The notes: a model not told the origin generated them from the sequence alone. A DNA stretch of 64,000 nucleotides from Intoshia linei (GCA_001642005.1 LWCA01000011.1:1-64000); one strand, 5' to 3'; positions 38,281 to 51,888 are shown, counted from the stretch's first letter. Program-made: numbers and translations.

Positions 38281-39497
38281 AACTAGACTAAACTCTAGTC
38301 CAAGCCCGTGAATAGATAGCTAGGGATATAATGCATTGTAATTGCATTGCATACATAATTACACAATATAAAATTCGGGGCAATAACTGATATACCATAT
38401 TGTTTTAGTATTGAAAAAATTAGATTATAATTCCTTTTAGTTTTCCTTATATTTCAATATAATACAGGTGCTCTCAAGTTTTGTCGGGGTGTATTCTAGT
38501 TAAATTCTAGGTTTAAATACTACACGTATTAATAATTAAATTAAATTTAAAAAATTAAACTTTATACAACTACAAAATATTTCATTGATCCACTTGAAAC
38601 AATTAATATATTATTGATATATAATTAAAAATTAACACCAGCTGATGAAAAAGATAAGAGTGTGTCATGAAATGGACGATTGCGTGCCGGAAAAAAACAG
38701 TAATACACATAAAATTAATATCGTTACGGTTAATAATGTTACTATACTTTATCAAGTTATTATTAAATTAATTAATTAAATATTATTGATTATTTGAACT
38801 TTAATTGCAATTAATCGAGATTAAATGGTTTGTACTGAAAATAGATCAATTAAATAATTGTCATTATAATTAAATTCATATCGTTAAAAACTAGTAGTTT
38901 TACATACATTTAATTGATATTATTTTTCGTTGATTGACATAAAATTGTTATAATCATATTAATCTATTGGGTAATTTTTCCCTGTTCATATTTTCGATAG
39001 ATTTGGCATTTAAAATTGCGATAATCACGGTTATTGAACTGTTATTATTTTAAAAAATAATGAAATTACTCAAATGATTATTTTGGAGAAATACCCCTCA
39101 TGGCTAATCATGCACAATAGGATTATTGGCAATTTAAGATGCTAATCTAAAAGGTGTTTTTTTGAAAGTTGATTCGTTTTCGTGAATTGAAATTATTTCA
39201 TAATTTTTAGATTGACTAAAAAATATTTAATTGCAAACAAATTTGATTATAAATTGATTAATATTAATGTAAATTGATTATTTTTATATGCAATTAAAGC
39301 ATATAAATTGTGCTATTAAATTATTAATTCGTCAACTAGCAATTTGTATAGCTATAAATAAAACATTCTGCTAATTGGATGACATGTAGTTTGTAGTAAT
39401 ATAACTATAATACATTCTAATTCTCAACTACATAAACCAATCACATTATTAGATTAAACATATTAACATAAATTTGTCATTATTATCATTTACATTT

Positions 39498-40712
39498 ATG
39501 ACGGATAACGGAAGTGAAAATAAAAGTTTTAATATATCGAGTATATTGCAAACTCAATATATGAAGCGTAAATCAACCGAAAATTATCAACTACCACATA
39601 AACATTCTAAATGCGTTAATCCGATACAATCACAGAATGAAACAGTACACGAAACTCGAGGAAAAATTGAAAATTTAACGTTTCATGAGTATCTACAAAA
39701 AATGATGAAAACAGAAAAAAATTTTTATAACCATTCACAATTTGGTCAAATTCCGTATATATCTCCGTTTTATCTTCCAACTAGTGTGATTCAAACTATA
39801 AATTCACAATCATATTTATTGAATAAAAATTTCATTGATTCGTGTACTAATAGTATATTTAATTCCAATTCCCTTAATTTACTTGAACCTTGTGAAATGT
39901 CTCAACTGAACAATTCTCTATCTCTTAGTTCAAACGTTTTATCCCATGAAAAAGTAAAAAAACGAAGACATAGGTATTTACTAAACAATAGTTTGTAAGG
40001 GAATGTAAAATCCTTATACCCTTAACATTTGTCATAACCAAATATTGTACATTTTTTGTAAATAATTAATTTCATAACTTATAAGTATATACTTATATTT
40101 CTATTCCAAACGCATTTTCTTGGGCAACCGCAAAATGAGATTGTTAATTTTGAAAGGATAATCATAATGAAAATAAATAAATTGTAGATCTACATTTTCA
40201 AGTTTCCAGTTGGATGAATTGGAAAAATCGTTCATTTCAGCACATTATCCAGATGTTAGTTCTAGAGAAATTTTGTCAATTAAGACGCAACTTACTGAAG
40301 ATCGTATTCAGGTACGCAATGCAAAAACTACAATACATAAACATTTAGGTTTGGTTTCAAAATAGACGAGCAAAATGGAGAAAAACCGAAAAAACATGGG
40401 GGAAAAGTAGTATAATGGCAGAATATGGTTAAATTTATTTTTTTTATTATAATTATTAAATAGGTCTTTACGGAGCTATGGTACGTCACTCTTTACCACT
40501 TCCAGATACTCTTTTCAAAAATAAAGATACAAGGGACCCCACATCATGGCTTTTGAGTAATTTATTTCAAATTACATTTATGTTTTATAAACAGTATGTA
40601 AAACTATTTTAATTTTTTCAAATTAATTAAAATTAACCAACTGTGAGTATTCAATTATATTTTTGATAACATTTTAGATATGCACGAAAAGTCGGCTAAA
40701 CATCAGCATTAA
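39498..40712 (+). CDS. Vsx: Visual system homeobox (Vsx/Chx10/ceh-10), Q50 paired-like homeodomain with CVC domain
   Basis: eh1/octapeptide SFNISSIL. Homeodomain [30 protein letters not shown]...[21 protein letters not shown] domain [27 protein letters not shown]...WLLNMH. Five exons. Confidence 0.95.
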
Positions 40713-40866
40713 AAGAAACTATGTAATTATTCTATTTAATTAATAAAATTTACCATACATGTTTCGATTTTATAATATTGATTTTATTAAACTTTCCGAT
40801 TCCATTAATTATTTATTAATCAAATTAAATTTTGATTTCGATAAAGTTGTATACTAATATATAATA

Positions 40867-42243
40867 CTAGATTGACAGTTTTGTACTTTGTACAAACATC
40901 ACGTAGCTTTGCTGAGGTGGACTTTTTTAATTATACCTAAAGAATAAAATCTTTCATAAAAATACTACTATTCATTACTACCAATTTTTTCAAGGAGTGG
41001 TTCTCAAACGTGTGAAGACATTATTTAAAATGTTATTTTTAAATTATAGGACCATTATAAGCTGTATTAAATTTGGTCTTTTTTCAATTCTGGGACTATT
41101 AGTTTTTTAAAATAATAAGTAATTTTGGGTTTTGACCATGAACATATAATTTTTTGAACTTAAAATGATGATAATGTTCATGATCTGAAAATCTGTATTA
41201 TGTACATTTAAAAAAATTAAATAAAATAAAATTGCCATTTTTCTAACTTAATGGTTACAGATACACATTTTTTGCAAATTTTACTTGACAAAGTAAACTT
41301 TTAAATATAATTATTATTTTCTTAAAGTTTTAAATACATTTAATTTTTTTATAAAAGTGTTTTTTTTTAAATTATAAGATTCGTATGATTTTTAAAAAAA
41401 GGATAATTAAGGTTTTTGACCAAGAAGATATAAGTTTCTGACATTGAAATTTATCTAACTTTCTCAGCTGAAAAATCAGACTGGGAATTTGTGTTTTTTA
41501 AAATTTGAATTATTGGAATCTTAGTTATTGAAATAAACAGACAGAAAGACAAACAAAGTGTTTTATATACAGCAGTGGTTCTCAACCTGTGTTCCGTGAA
41601 ATATAAATGCGATATTTTTCAATTTAAAGTTTTTTAAAATAAATAAATTTAAAAACTATAAATTGAAAAGTTTCTAAATTAATAAAACCAAAAATCATAT
41701 TTTGATATGTTTTTTTAATTAAGATAAATACGATCGGTCAACTTAATTAAAATACTTTTTTGTTTATTTTAAATTATCTTTTTTAGAATTTAAAAATATT
41801 TATTCTAAGCCGGTTTGTCTGATTTCCTATAATTTAATTGTTCATTTTAATACATTTAGTACTTATTTTGATCAAAACAAATCATAAAATAAATTAATGT
41901 TATTTATACATAAGAAAGATCCAAATTATAAGCTTACTTGCATTGACAGCAATTAAGCATAAGAAACGGGCAAAGCTGCTGTCGGTAGAATAACTTCGTG
42001 TATGTCTCTTAAAAACACGTCCAAGAATTAAAAACCTCTGTAAAAATATCAGGCCCAAATTTCTCATTGAGAAGGAAAAATAAATTTCTTTATTAAAAAT
42101 CAAATTGTTTTATAAAAATATAAAAATTTTTGATTATGCTTTTAGGTACCGCGATTTTTTGAAATTTCATAAGGGTTCCGCGCAGTAAAAAAGGTTGAGA
42201 AACACTTATATACAGTATGTAAGTTAGGAGTTTTAACTTAGGA
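40867..42243 (-). mobile_element. Diverged Helitron interrupted by a hAT insertion
   Basis: 5' end TCCTAAGTTAAAACTCCTAACTTA and 3' end ...TGTCAATCTAG|T at 40867. Confidence 0.7.
41573..42207 (+). mobile_element. Buster/Charlie hAT deletion derivative with transposase C-terminal remnant
   Basis: TIRs CAGTGGTTCTCAACCT / AGGTTGAGAAACACTT and a perfect 8-bp TSD ATATACAG. Positions 41930-42069 encode ALTAIKHKKRAKLLSVE*LRVCLLKTRPRIKNLC..QAQISH*. Confidence 0.9.
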
Positions 42244-42808
42244 CTAGAGTTTTTAAAATATTGCAAAATTTAACTCAATTCTTATCTAAAATATTTATAC
42301 GTGTAATTCAAATACATTGTTGTGTATTGTGCAAAGGATACAGATGATGAAGTTGATTTTTTTCATAAGGTTTCGTAAAATCGAATTTTTCTCTGATGGC
42401 TTGTAATGGTATTTTTGATTAAATTTCATTAATGATATGATAAAAGTGGGATTTTTGAAATAATAATGTATCCGTCGTCTAGGCTTTGGGATAATCCACA
42501 TCTACAAACTCTGTAATAATTATTAAAAATTCTCCTATAAAAATTAACAAAAGTTGATCAAAATTTTTTTATATTTTATTTGAATCTCACGAATCAAGGC
42601 ATATAATTTTGAACCGATTTGAAATTTGACGGATCTGATCGAAATTTAACGGAATGAGATTTTTTTCATTTTTTATTTCAGTTTTATAGTTGTAACTTTA
42701 AGTTAAAATATGTAATATATATTTAATAGTAACTGTTACTAACTTACAACAATGATGAATGAAAGCTACGCATGAGTAAATTAAATCATTAATACGAATT
42801 TAAATTTT

Positions 42809-45800
42809 ATGATGTTAAAGTTGATAATATTGGTTATAAACTGTGTGATTTTGACAAAAAGCGAGTATAGTTACACCAGACAGAATATAGATGACAGAAA
42901 TGTGATAATACCACCTTTAATAGTAAAACAACCACCTAAAATAGTATCTTTCAAAAAATATGAAAGTTTTGAATTGGACTGTGAAGCTGTTGGGACAGCA
43001 CCAATTATTTACAAATGGAATTTTAATGGTAAAATTTTTGATCCAAGCGGCCTTGACGACAGAGTAGTAATTCAACCTGGAATAGGCACTCTGATATTTA
43101 CTCGTCCATTGAAAAGAGATGAAGGTACATACCAATGTTTTGCTTCAAACTCAGCAGGAGTCTCACTTTCGGTAGTTGTAGATTCGCGTTTAGCGATACT
43201 AGAATCATTTATCCAACAAAGCGAAACCATCCACAATGTACGCCTTGGACACCCGCTTAAACTTGATTGTATTCCACCCAAAAGTTTCCCTATAGCTTTT
43301 ATATACTGGGTAAAAGAGTTGCAAGAATCCGGTATCACTATACCTGTAGAAACGTCTGATAGAATATCATTAGACCCTGAAGGCAATTTACATTTTTCTA
43401 ATGCTGTTTCTAAAGATTATAACAATGGAGGTTTTTATTCCTGTGTAGCTCAAAACGATGTTACAAGAACACAACAAGTTGGAAGACGTCATTATATTCA
43501 CCCAAATGGGAAAATTGTAGAGTTAATGAAACCCTTAATTCAATGGCAAATGGCATCGCATCATATTGTTTTATATGGAGAATCAATAAAATTAACCTGT
43601 ATGTTTTCTGGCAGTCCAACACCAACGGTACAATGGTTTTTGAACAAGAAATATGATTTTTTAGAGTCTCCTCGATTTAAAACAGAAAACTATGGAAGGG
43701 AATTAATAATTAGCAATGTTAAATTTGAAGATTCAAATACATACGAATGTGTTGGAACAAATTCGCAAAGTCCAACTGGAATTCACAGATCAGTTAAACT
43801 TAAAGTAGAATCTCAACCTTATTGGCAAGAAAAGGGGAAGCCAGAATCAGTAGAAGTGTCCGAAAGTGATTCAGCAGTGTTTGTGTGTAAGGCACTAGGT
43901 TTACCCAAACCCGTGGTAAATTGGTACATTAATGGAAAAGCCATAGGTGTATTGAAAAACAACGAAAAGAGAATCATTAAGGAAGATGTCATTACGTTTA
44001 AAAATATAAATAAACTAGATGTTGGTGTTATTCAATGCAATGCAACCAATAAACACGGGTATGTCTTTGCCAATGCTTATTTAAATGTTTTGGAAGAAGC
44101 ACCATCTATTTTAGAACACCCAAAGAAACTAACTATAATGAGTGAACAAATGAATGCTCGAATTAACTGTCTCGTTGTTGGTACACCTCAACCTATTGTT
44201 ACGTGGAACAAAGGAGATGAACAATTGACGGGTGGTCGATTTTTAATAGACTTGAAAGGTCATTTAAGCATATCAAAAGTTTTTTTTGTGGATTCTGGGT
44301 TGTACACTTGTAATGCATACAATAAATTTGGTAATACTTCATCTTCCGGTAGACTAGAAGTGATCAGACGTACTCATATCATAACGAAACCTAGAGATAT
44401 TGTTATTATTCGAGGATCCGAAGCTAAATTTACATGTACTGCAACAACCGATTTAAATAGAATTTCAAATTTGAAGATTGATTGGATGAAGGACGGCGAA
44501 TTGTTTGATTATAAAGATTTTGATAGAGTATATAAAAACGAACAAGACAATTCATTGACCATATCCGGTACCATTATTCATGATACCGGAAGGTACAGTT
44601 GTTATGCTTCTAATGGTATTGATTCTGATGTAGCTGACGCTAACCTTATAGTTCAAGCTAGACCCGAACCACCGATAAAAGTGAGAAGTGAGTGTTTTGA
44701 AACCCATAATCAAGCGAAGGTGAGATGGTCCGCTGGACGAGTCAATTACTCTCCTATAATAAATTTTATTGTTGAATATAATACGTCTTTCACGCCAGAT
44801 AGGTGGATTACTGCAAAAAGATATGTACCCAGTAGCATTCGTCAAATTCTCGTTAATTTATCTCCATGGAACAATTATACCTTTAGAGTAATGGCTCAGA
44901 ATAAAATAGGCGTTAGCTTACCTAGTCGTGCTTCTCCAAAAACCTGCAGAACAAATATAGGAAGACCAAAGCGAAATCCGAAAAATGTTATTGTTCAAGG
45001 CGATCTACCAGATAATCTTGTTATCTATTGGACGGTATAATCAGATTTTTTAATTTTTATAATTATTATGATATAAGGATTTTAATATTATAGACCAGGG
45101 GTGGGGAGGTAGTGATTGTGATTTTCCAAGAAATGACAAAAGTCGAGAACTGGGAAATTAAAAATTAAATTTCCAGGGTCCCGGGAATTTTCCGGAAAAA
45201 ATCAAAAATTTTGATTCATATATAATATAGAAGCATTAAAAATTTTAGAGACCCTGATTAATTTTAAAAACAAAAAGAAATTTAACGAATTTATATTGAA
45301 ATTTAATAATTTAATTAGAAAAAAATTTATTTATTTTAGATTTTTTGAAAAAGTGTTTCAAAACACACATAATATTGATAGATTCGTCTTTTAAACGCGT
45401 TCTACGTTTTGTAATGAAATTAGAAGCAGTATAGAAAATTCTTTCATTTTGTGTTGACGTAGGTTGAACGGTCATAAGGGTTTCCTTTAATTTTAATAAT
45501 CTTGATGATAGTGTTCCAGTTCGTAAAAACTCATAATATATTAATCAAAATAATATAATAATAATTGGAAAAAGAGGATAATTCCCTTAAGCGTTAGTAA
45601 TTTGTGGTTGGAATAAGAGGTTTTTAAAAAAAGTATTGGAAAAAGGATATTTTTCCATTAAGGGCTGGAAAATTAAATTTTTTGGTTTGATAAAGTGGAT
45701 TTTTTTCATAAGATTTTGTAAAATCGTATTTTTGAAAAGAATATCGGTGTAAGTCAACTTTTTCATGGGGGCTTGAAATAGTAGTTTTGATTAAATTTTA

Positions 45801-48018
45801 TTAGTGGTGGAATTTTTGAAATGGTAAATTCTAAATATTATAATATAATTATATTTTTATAGTAATAACAAAAATAAATCAAATACAGGTATGTTTCAAT
45901 TTTTTTGGGGAAATCCTGGGAAATCGTAAAAATCCCGGAAATTTTTTATCGGCACAATCACTATGGGAGGCGATATAAAAAAATATGTAGAGGAGTCGGC
46001 AACCTTTTGCATTTCGTGGATCACTTTTTTTATACCAAAACATTCTACGGGCCCGGTTTTGAAAATTTACATATGATATATTTCAATTTTAACTGAAGTG
46101 AAACTGTTTTAATATATTCTCAAAAATAAAATCCAGGTCGATCTGAAAATTCAGTATTAAAATGATTATAATGATCCAATTATAGTAGAGGATGTTTAAA
46201 ACATGAAATTTAAAAATAAATAATTTAAATATTTACTCAAATAGCCACCAAAATTATTTTGTGAGCCACTGTTGTTGAGCCTGATATAGTTTAATATATG
46301 TATATTATATTTTACACATCTTCAGTACATAAAGTCGATTATTCGTACATTAAATAACATTGTATTTTTAGCCAATGCTGCAATCTGAACACGGGGGAAG
46401 TAAATTTCGATATTTATTGAAATGGAAAAAAGCTAATACAACTGACCAAGTTATTCCAAAAATGTGGAACACTTATGAGATAATGAATTGGACATATAAC
46501 CATTACACAATAAAAGAAGTATTTAAAACATATAAACCATACGTTGTTCAAGTAATAGCAAAAAATGAATTTGGAATTGCGGAAGAAGACGCCAAAATTA
46601 TAAGAGGTTACTCGGGAGAAGGAAAACCCAAAGTTTCCGTATCCAATTTGAATTACAACAAAACTACTCTAAGTGCCAATTCGGTGAATCTACTGTGGAA
46701 TGATCCGATTATAAACGATGAAACAATTAGAGGTTATTTTAGAGGATATCTTATTCAATATTGGACCGAAAATATGCATAAAGATATTGTTCAGGAAGTT
46801 GAATATATAATAAACGAAGATATATACGCTCCTAGAATTCGACTTCCAAGACAAGTTTCTCTATTATACAATCGCACTGGTGAAACTCGAAAATTTTATC
46901 TGTCCGGCTTGCCGTCATTTACAAAGATTTATGTACACATTCGTATAATGAACAAATTTTATGTAGGTCCAGCAAGTAATTTGCTGTCGATTCACACACG
47001 CGAAGGAGGTAATGAGAATTTAAAAATTTACATAAAAGTTTAGTGCCAAACCGTGTATCTTCTTTTGTTTACAATAAACGAGGACCTACGTTTATCCAAG
47101 TATCTTGGATTATATCTGACAATACTCTCGATCAAACTATCGTTGGCTTCAAAATCTCATTTCAAATAGGTTGATTTGATTCGATTTAATTTTAAAAATA
47201 AACGTTTAGTTTCTAAAGAAAAAATTGAACAAAAAATTTTCGTTTCGAATAATCTACCGGCTGATGCAAATACATTTAGAATACATGGATTAATCCCAGA
47301 AAAAAAATATAGAATAACAATTTTCGCTTTTAACATTCTTGGAATGGGTAAAGGAGCATATATAGAAGCATCTACCACTCCTGCCACAATACCAGACCCA
47401 CCCGTTTTTACAATCGAAGAAATTCGATCAACTTCTGTCTCATTTTTATATGAATCCGATCAATACAGCGAAAACCCAGGAAGTGTTTTTTATGTTCAGT
47501 ATAAAAGATTGGGTAAAAATTAAGTGACATTTTATACATATTTTTAGGTGAATATAGTTGGAAAAAAACGTTTGAGCAATCTGATTCGATAGGTACTATC
47601 AGAATCATTACACTGGATGTTAATACACCGTATGAATTTCGATTTGTCAGCAGAAATTCTATGGATTTCGTTGGCTTTTCGGAGATTATTGCTATTCAAA
47701 CCAATGATCATGAAGGATTTTTCTATCCAATTTTCTATCGCACTGTATGGTTTTGGATGTCAATTATTATTATCTTCGTTTTGATTTTTATAGCGTCATT
47801 CGTCATATACTACTTTAAAATACGCCACATACGTTGGTACACAACTAGTAATTTTAACCCGTTCATTTTCAAACTTATTTAGAAGATACATTGGCTGATA
47901 AAGTCAGGAAAATGGAAGCTCAAGAAGCAGTAAAACGAATGGGGTTTGCGGGAACCTCTCAATCGTAACTTGCTAAAAATATGAAATTAATACATTTAAA
48001 TTTAGAGTAAATATGTAA
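42809..48018 (+). CDS. L1CAM/neuroglian-family cell adhesion molecule (6 Ig, 5 FN3, TM, short tail)
   Basis: Signal peptide, six Ig domains with C..W..D.G.Y.C motifs (including DPEGNLHFSN), FN3 repeats (LSPWNNYTFRVMAQNKIG, GYSGEG, GYFRGY) and TM VWFWMSIIIIFVLIFIASFVIYYF. Stop at 47968, or at 48018 if intron 47965-48005 is used. Confidence 0.9.
45110..45963 (-). mobile_element. hAT element with dimerisation-domain remnant, in the neuroglian intron
   Basis: TIRs TAGTGATTGTG / CACAATCACTA with flanks TGGGGAGG / TGGGAGG. Minus strand ~45340-45535 encodes LMTVQPTSTQNERIFYTASNFITKRRTRLKDESINIMCVLKHFF. Confidence 0.85.
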
Positions 48019-48901
48019 AATTCGAAAATTAAAGAATATTGCTCAATTTTGACACTAGTAAATTCAATTCCACGATTATTGTACATTCATTTTGTTAACA
48101 AATTAAAATTTAAAATTCAAATATTAATTTCAAAAAGAAATATTTACCAATATTTTATACTTTTAAATACCATTAAGTGTTATACAATCATGGATGACTC
48201 TAGAACGGATCCCAAATTGCAAAATACACAATATAAAAAAATTCAGACAACTCGCTATTACAATCCGTGATTTAGATACGATTTATGTTAACCCTATTGA
48301 CGTTTACTATTATTATTATTAATATTAATATTATAAATTATTACTAATATTTCCCCACAATATAATTATATATTTTAAATAATAATAGAGAAATTTTTTG
48401 AAGGACCAAAAAACAGACAGCTAGTTTATTTACGTTTATATACATTATATTACGGTTGAGTGCCAAAACAGTAATTTACACAAAATAGAATTTAATAAAA
48501 AATATAAAATGAACAAGAGCCATAAAATGACATTAAAAATTATCATCCAAAAATAGGTTTTCATGAATATGTTAGTCACACAAAAATCCTAAATTGTAAA
48601 TTTTTATAGCTCAACAACAAAATATTGTGTTGCTAATGTGAGTTTTGAATTTTCCAGAAAAATCTCTAAAAAAACGCAAGAAAATTGGTAATTTAAATTG
48701 ATTAAACCTACGTTAAAACGCAACTATATGTAGGATTTTAGATGTCATATTATTGAAATATACTACATTGTAGTACATTATTTGAAATTAAAAGCACTTT
48801 AGAGTACACTTATTGATCAAAAGTGTTGAAAAATTGAAAAGTTTCAACTAAATTTCATAGAAACAACATCAAAGTTATTTTAAATTTATCAAAACAATAC
48901 C

Positions 48902-51857
48902 ATGCAAGATATATTGTACTGCTATAATTATGGTTGTAATAAAAAATACAAGGCAGATGACACTGGTTTACCTGTTTTATCATAAATATTAATTATATCA
49001 TTAGATACGTGTTTTTATCATAAATCTCCTCCAACATTTCATGATGCTTTAAAAATATGGCCCTGCTGTTCCAAAAAAAGTGTTGGATTTGACGAATTTC
49101 TAGCGATACCTGTATAATACTGATTTATATGATAGAATATTGATTAGGGTTGCATTTCTGGTAATCACAGTAATATTCGTCCCTTTACAGAAAATAAAAG
49201 CAAATCAATTAAAACTGAGGTATTATTTATTAGAAAAAATACGTCGGTTTTACCCACAATGTGATACATTGGTAATATTAGAAGTATGCTAAATTTCGAT
49301 ATCAAAATGAAATCACCGGCGGTTTGAATTTAATTGTTAATTCGCAAAATGAAAGACACCCAAAGTTATTACACATCTCTAAAATTGTGGGAATTTTTAT
49401 TTTTATTTACACATAATATTATTATTATTTTTTTGTTAATACATAATTAAACGAAATATTTATAAAACATGAAATTAATCGAAAATTGTGGGGCATATAA
49501 TATTATAGATATTATTTCAATGAGGATTTAAATATTCAACACAATTTCAACTTCAATTTTTTAATTTTGTATGGTAAACCCCTAAAAATTTTTCTAAAAT
49601 TGTGTAAGAAACTATAGTTAATTTAAACCAGATACTCCTATTTTTTGAAACGTATACATCCCTTTTCGCGAACCACCATTTAGGAAATTCTGATATAGAC
49701 CACCAGTTGGGTCGGTTGTTTACATGTATTTAATTTATATTCTTTAATTATGATCTAATTTACTCAATATCTTAAATGGATTTTATTTATATTGATTAGA
49801 TTGAAAAGGAACTTGATGTTGTGCATGAACCAGTAACTCAAATTGATAGACCCGATATCAATGAAGTATTATCATGTCTGAAATTTGAAGAATCAGAAGA
49901 ACTGATAAAAAAAGCTGGTACAAATCGAAAAGAATGTTCAAATGATTTAGAAAGTATTTTATTGATATATTTAGAATTCATTTATTTAGATAAGGATATT
50001 TCATGTTGTAATAATTCGTGTTCAATGGTATTTTTAAAATAAAATGTATATAAATATAATAACATGGACGGTCAAAGTGCAGGCCCAAGTTATTTTATTA
50101 CTATTCAAACAGACAAGCAAAAAAATTAAAAATATCAATATGGATTTATTTCTCATGACTCCCTATAACCGTTGAGAAAAATTTGATATTACGTTTAAAT
50201 TTAAAATTTTTGTATCGGTATTGATTCTTCATGATCACTGTGTATGTCGGGTCACCAAAGTTTTTTCGTCGTAGATTTCATTTTAAATCAAACGACCCCT
50301 TAAAAACTTTTAATACATTAATTCAAAATGGAATTAACATTACTCTTCATTAGTGCAAACTTTTTTGGCGCCACCCTTTCGAGTAAAAAAATTGCCCTAC
50401 CCTTAAGAAAATATTCTACAAAAAAACTCTTTTATAAATGTTTAAAGATACTCTTATCTGTAAAATTTGTTTAAATATAAAATAAAATATATAACAAATT
50501 TCAAAATAACACATACCCTATGGGTTCGGCCTATGAAGGTTAACACTTCATTAAACATTACAGTCACTTTATTTTAAAACTTATAATAATATTAATATAT
50601 TCAGCGCCTCTCAATTTAAAAAAATTTATTTATTTAGATACGAGCAAATTAGTTAATTAATCTTTTATTTTAATGATACAATCTTCATAATTACAATTTT
50701 TTTTTAAATTTTACATTTCATATACATGAACCAAAGTCGTATTTAAAACTAATTTATATAAAAAGTAGGGATTTTTATTACATCAACATTTGTTTCTGTT
50801 TATAAATCAAACGTCAATTTCTGAGATTGAAATTAAGATTTTTGGAATCAGCGTAAAATATGTTTTGTATATGGATTTTACAAAACATTTTATTCAGATG
50901 GCAAAGAATAAAAATAAATAAATTCGTACCTGGATCCACTAATCGAAAAATTTCCAGGATCCAAGGGTTCCATATTGACCCTTTGCGAACCTAATTTTTT
51001 TTGTAATGATTAATATATCGTCAAATTTAAAACTAAAAATGGTCATGAATCATGATTCATTCTAAACGTGATCTTTTGGATTTTATAACACTTATAACAC
51101 CATGTCTATATTTTTAGAATAAAATTTAATTATAAGTTAGAGAAAATCAAAATTAAACGATGATTCACTAATTTGCGTATATCATCCTGGCCATCAAGTA
51201 TTTCACGAAGGGTAACTTGAAATGTAACTATCTAATACTTATAGATTGAAATTCTGGTCTTGCTGTGAAAAAAAAACTACAAAATTTGATATTTTTATTC
51301 ACCAAAAAGGTTGCTTTGAAGGCGAACATAATTGGGAGGTTGTATTTTCAATTTTTCAGGTAAAATTTTTACTTTAGAAAAAATTAATCCAAAAAGAATG
51401 CAAAATGGATTGGTCAAACTCAACTAAAGACGTTGTTATAGCTTTATATTCTAAAATGCCAGTTGTTCCATTATGTACTATTAAAGGTGAACATAATTAA
51501 TTATTTACTTGACTCTTTAAAAGTATATTCCAGGTAGTAACAAGATTTTAGTAATTATCAAACCTGATATATTGAGGGAACAATGTTTTTATAGCCCTTG
51601 GAATATACAATTTGATATTTTTTAATTCTACATTTTAGCCAACAGAATAAAAATATGCATCGATTTAGTGTATGAAAATGGCAAATCAATTTTAAAAAAA
51701 GAATTAGAATTATACGAGGTTGATGGATTTATCTAATTATATAATAATTCAGAGCATCGACCCGATCCTTTCGTATGTGCGTTACAGTCATATGAAAACA
51801 GAAATAATACTGTGTAAGGAAATACCAAAGCCATGGGACAAATTAACAGTATCATAA
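48902..51857 (+). CDS. CHORDC1: CHORD domain-containing protein (Morgana/CHP-1)
   Basis: CHORD-I CYNYGCNKKY..C.YH..P.FHDALK.WPCC....FDEFLAIPGC..G.H. CHORD-II CCNNSC..CVYHPG..VFHEGLKFWSCC.KKT..FD.F..QKGC..GEHNW. CS domain CKMDWS...KTEIILCK..PW. Confidence 0.92.
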
Positions 51858-51888
51858 TAAAAATTTATTTTAAAATACATTTTATCAA

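Noticed and set aside
38700-39470. Dense TAAT/ATTA homeodomain sites upstream of Vsx
   Set aside because: Expected by chance at this AT content.
42917-44845. Minus-strand ORFs 42917, 43072 and 44552
   Set aside because: These are antisense shadows of the neuroglian exon.
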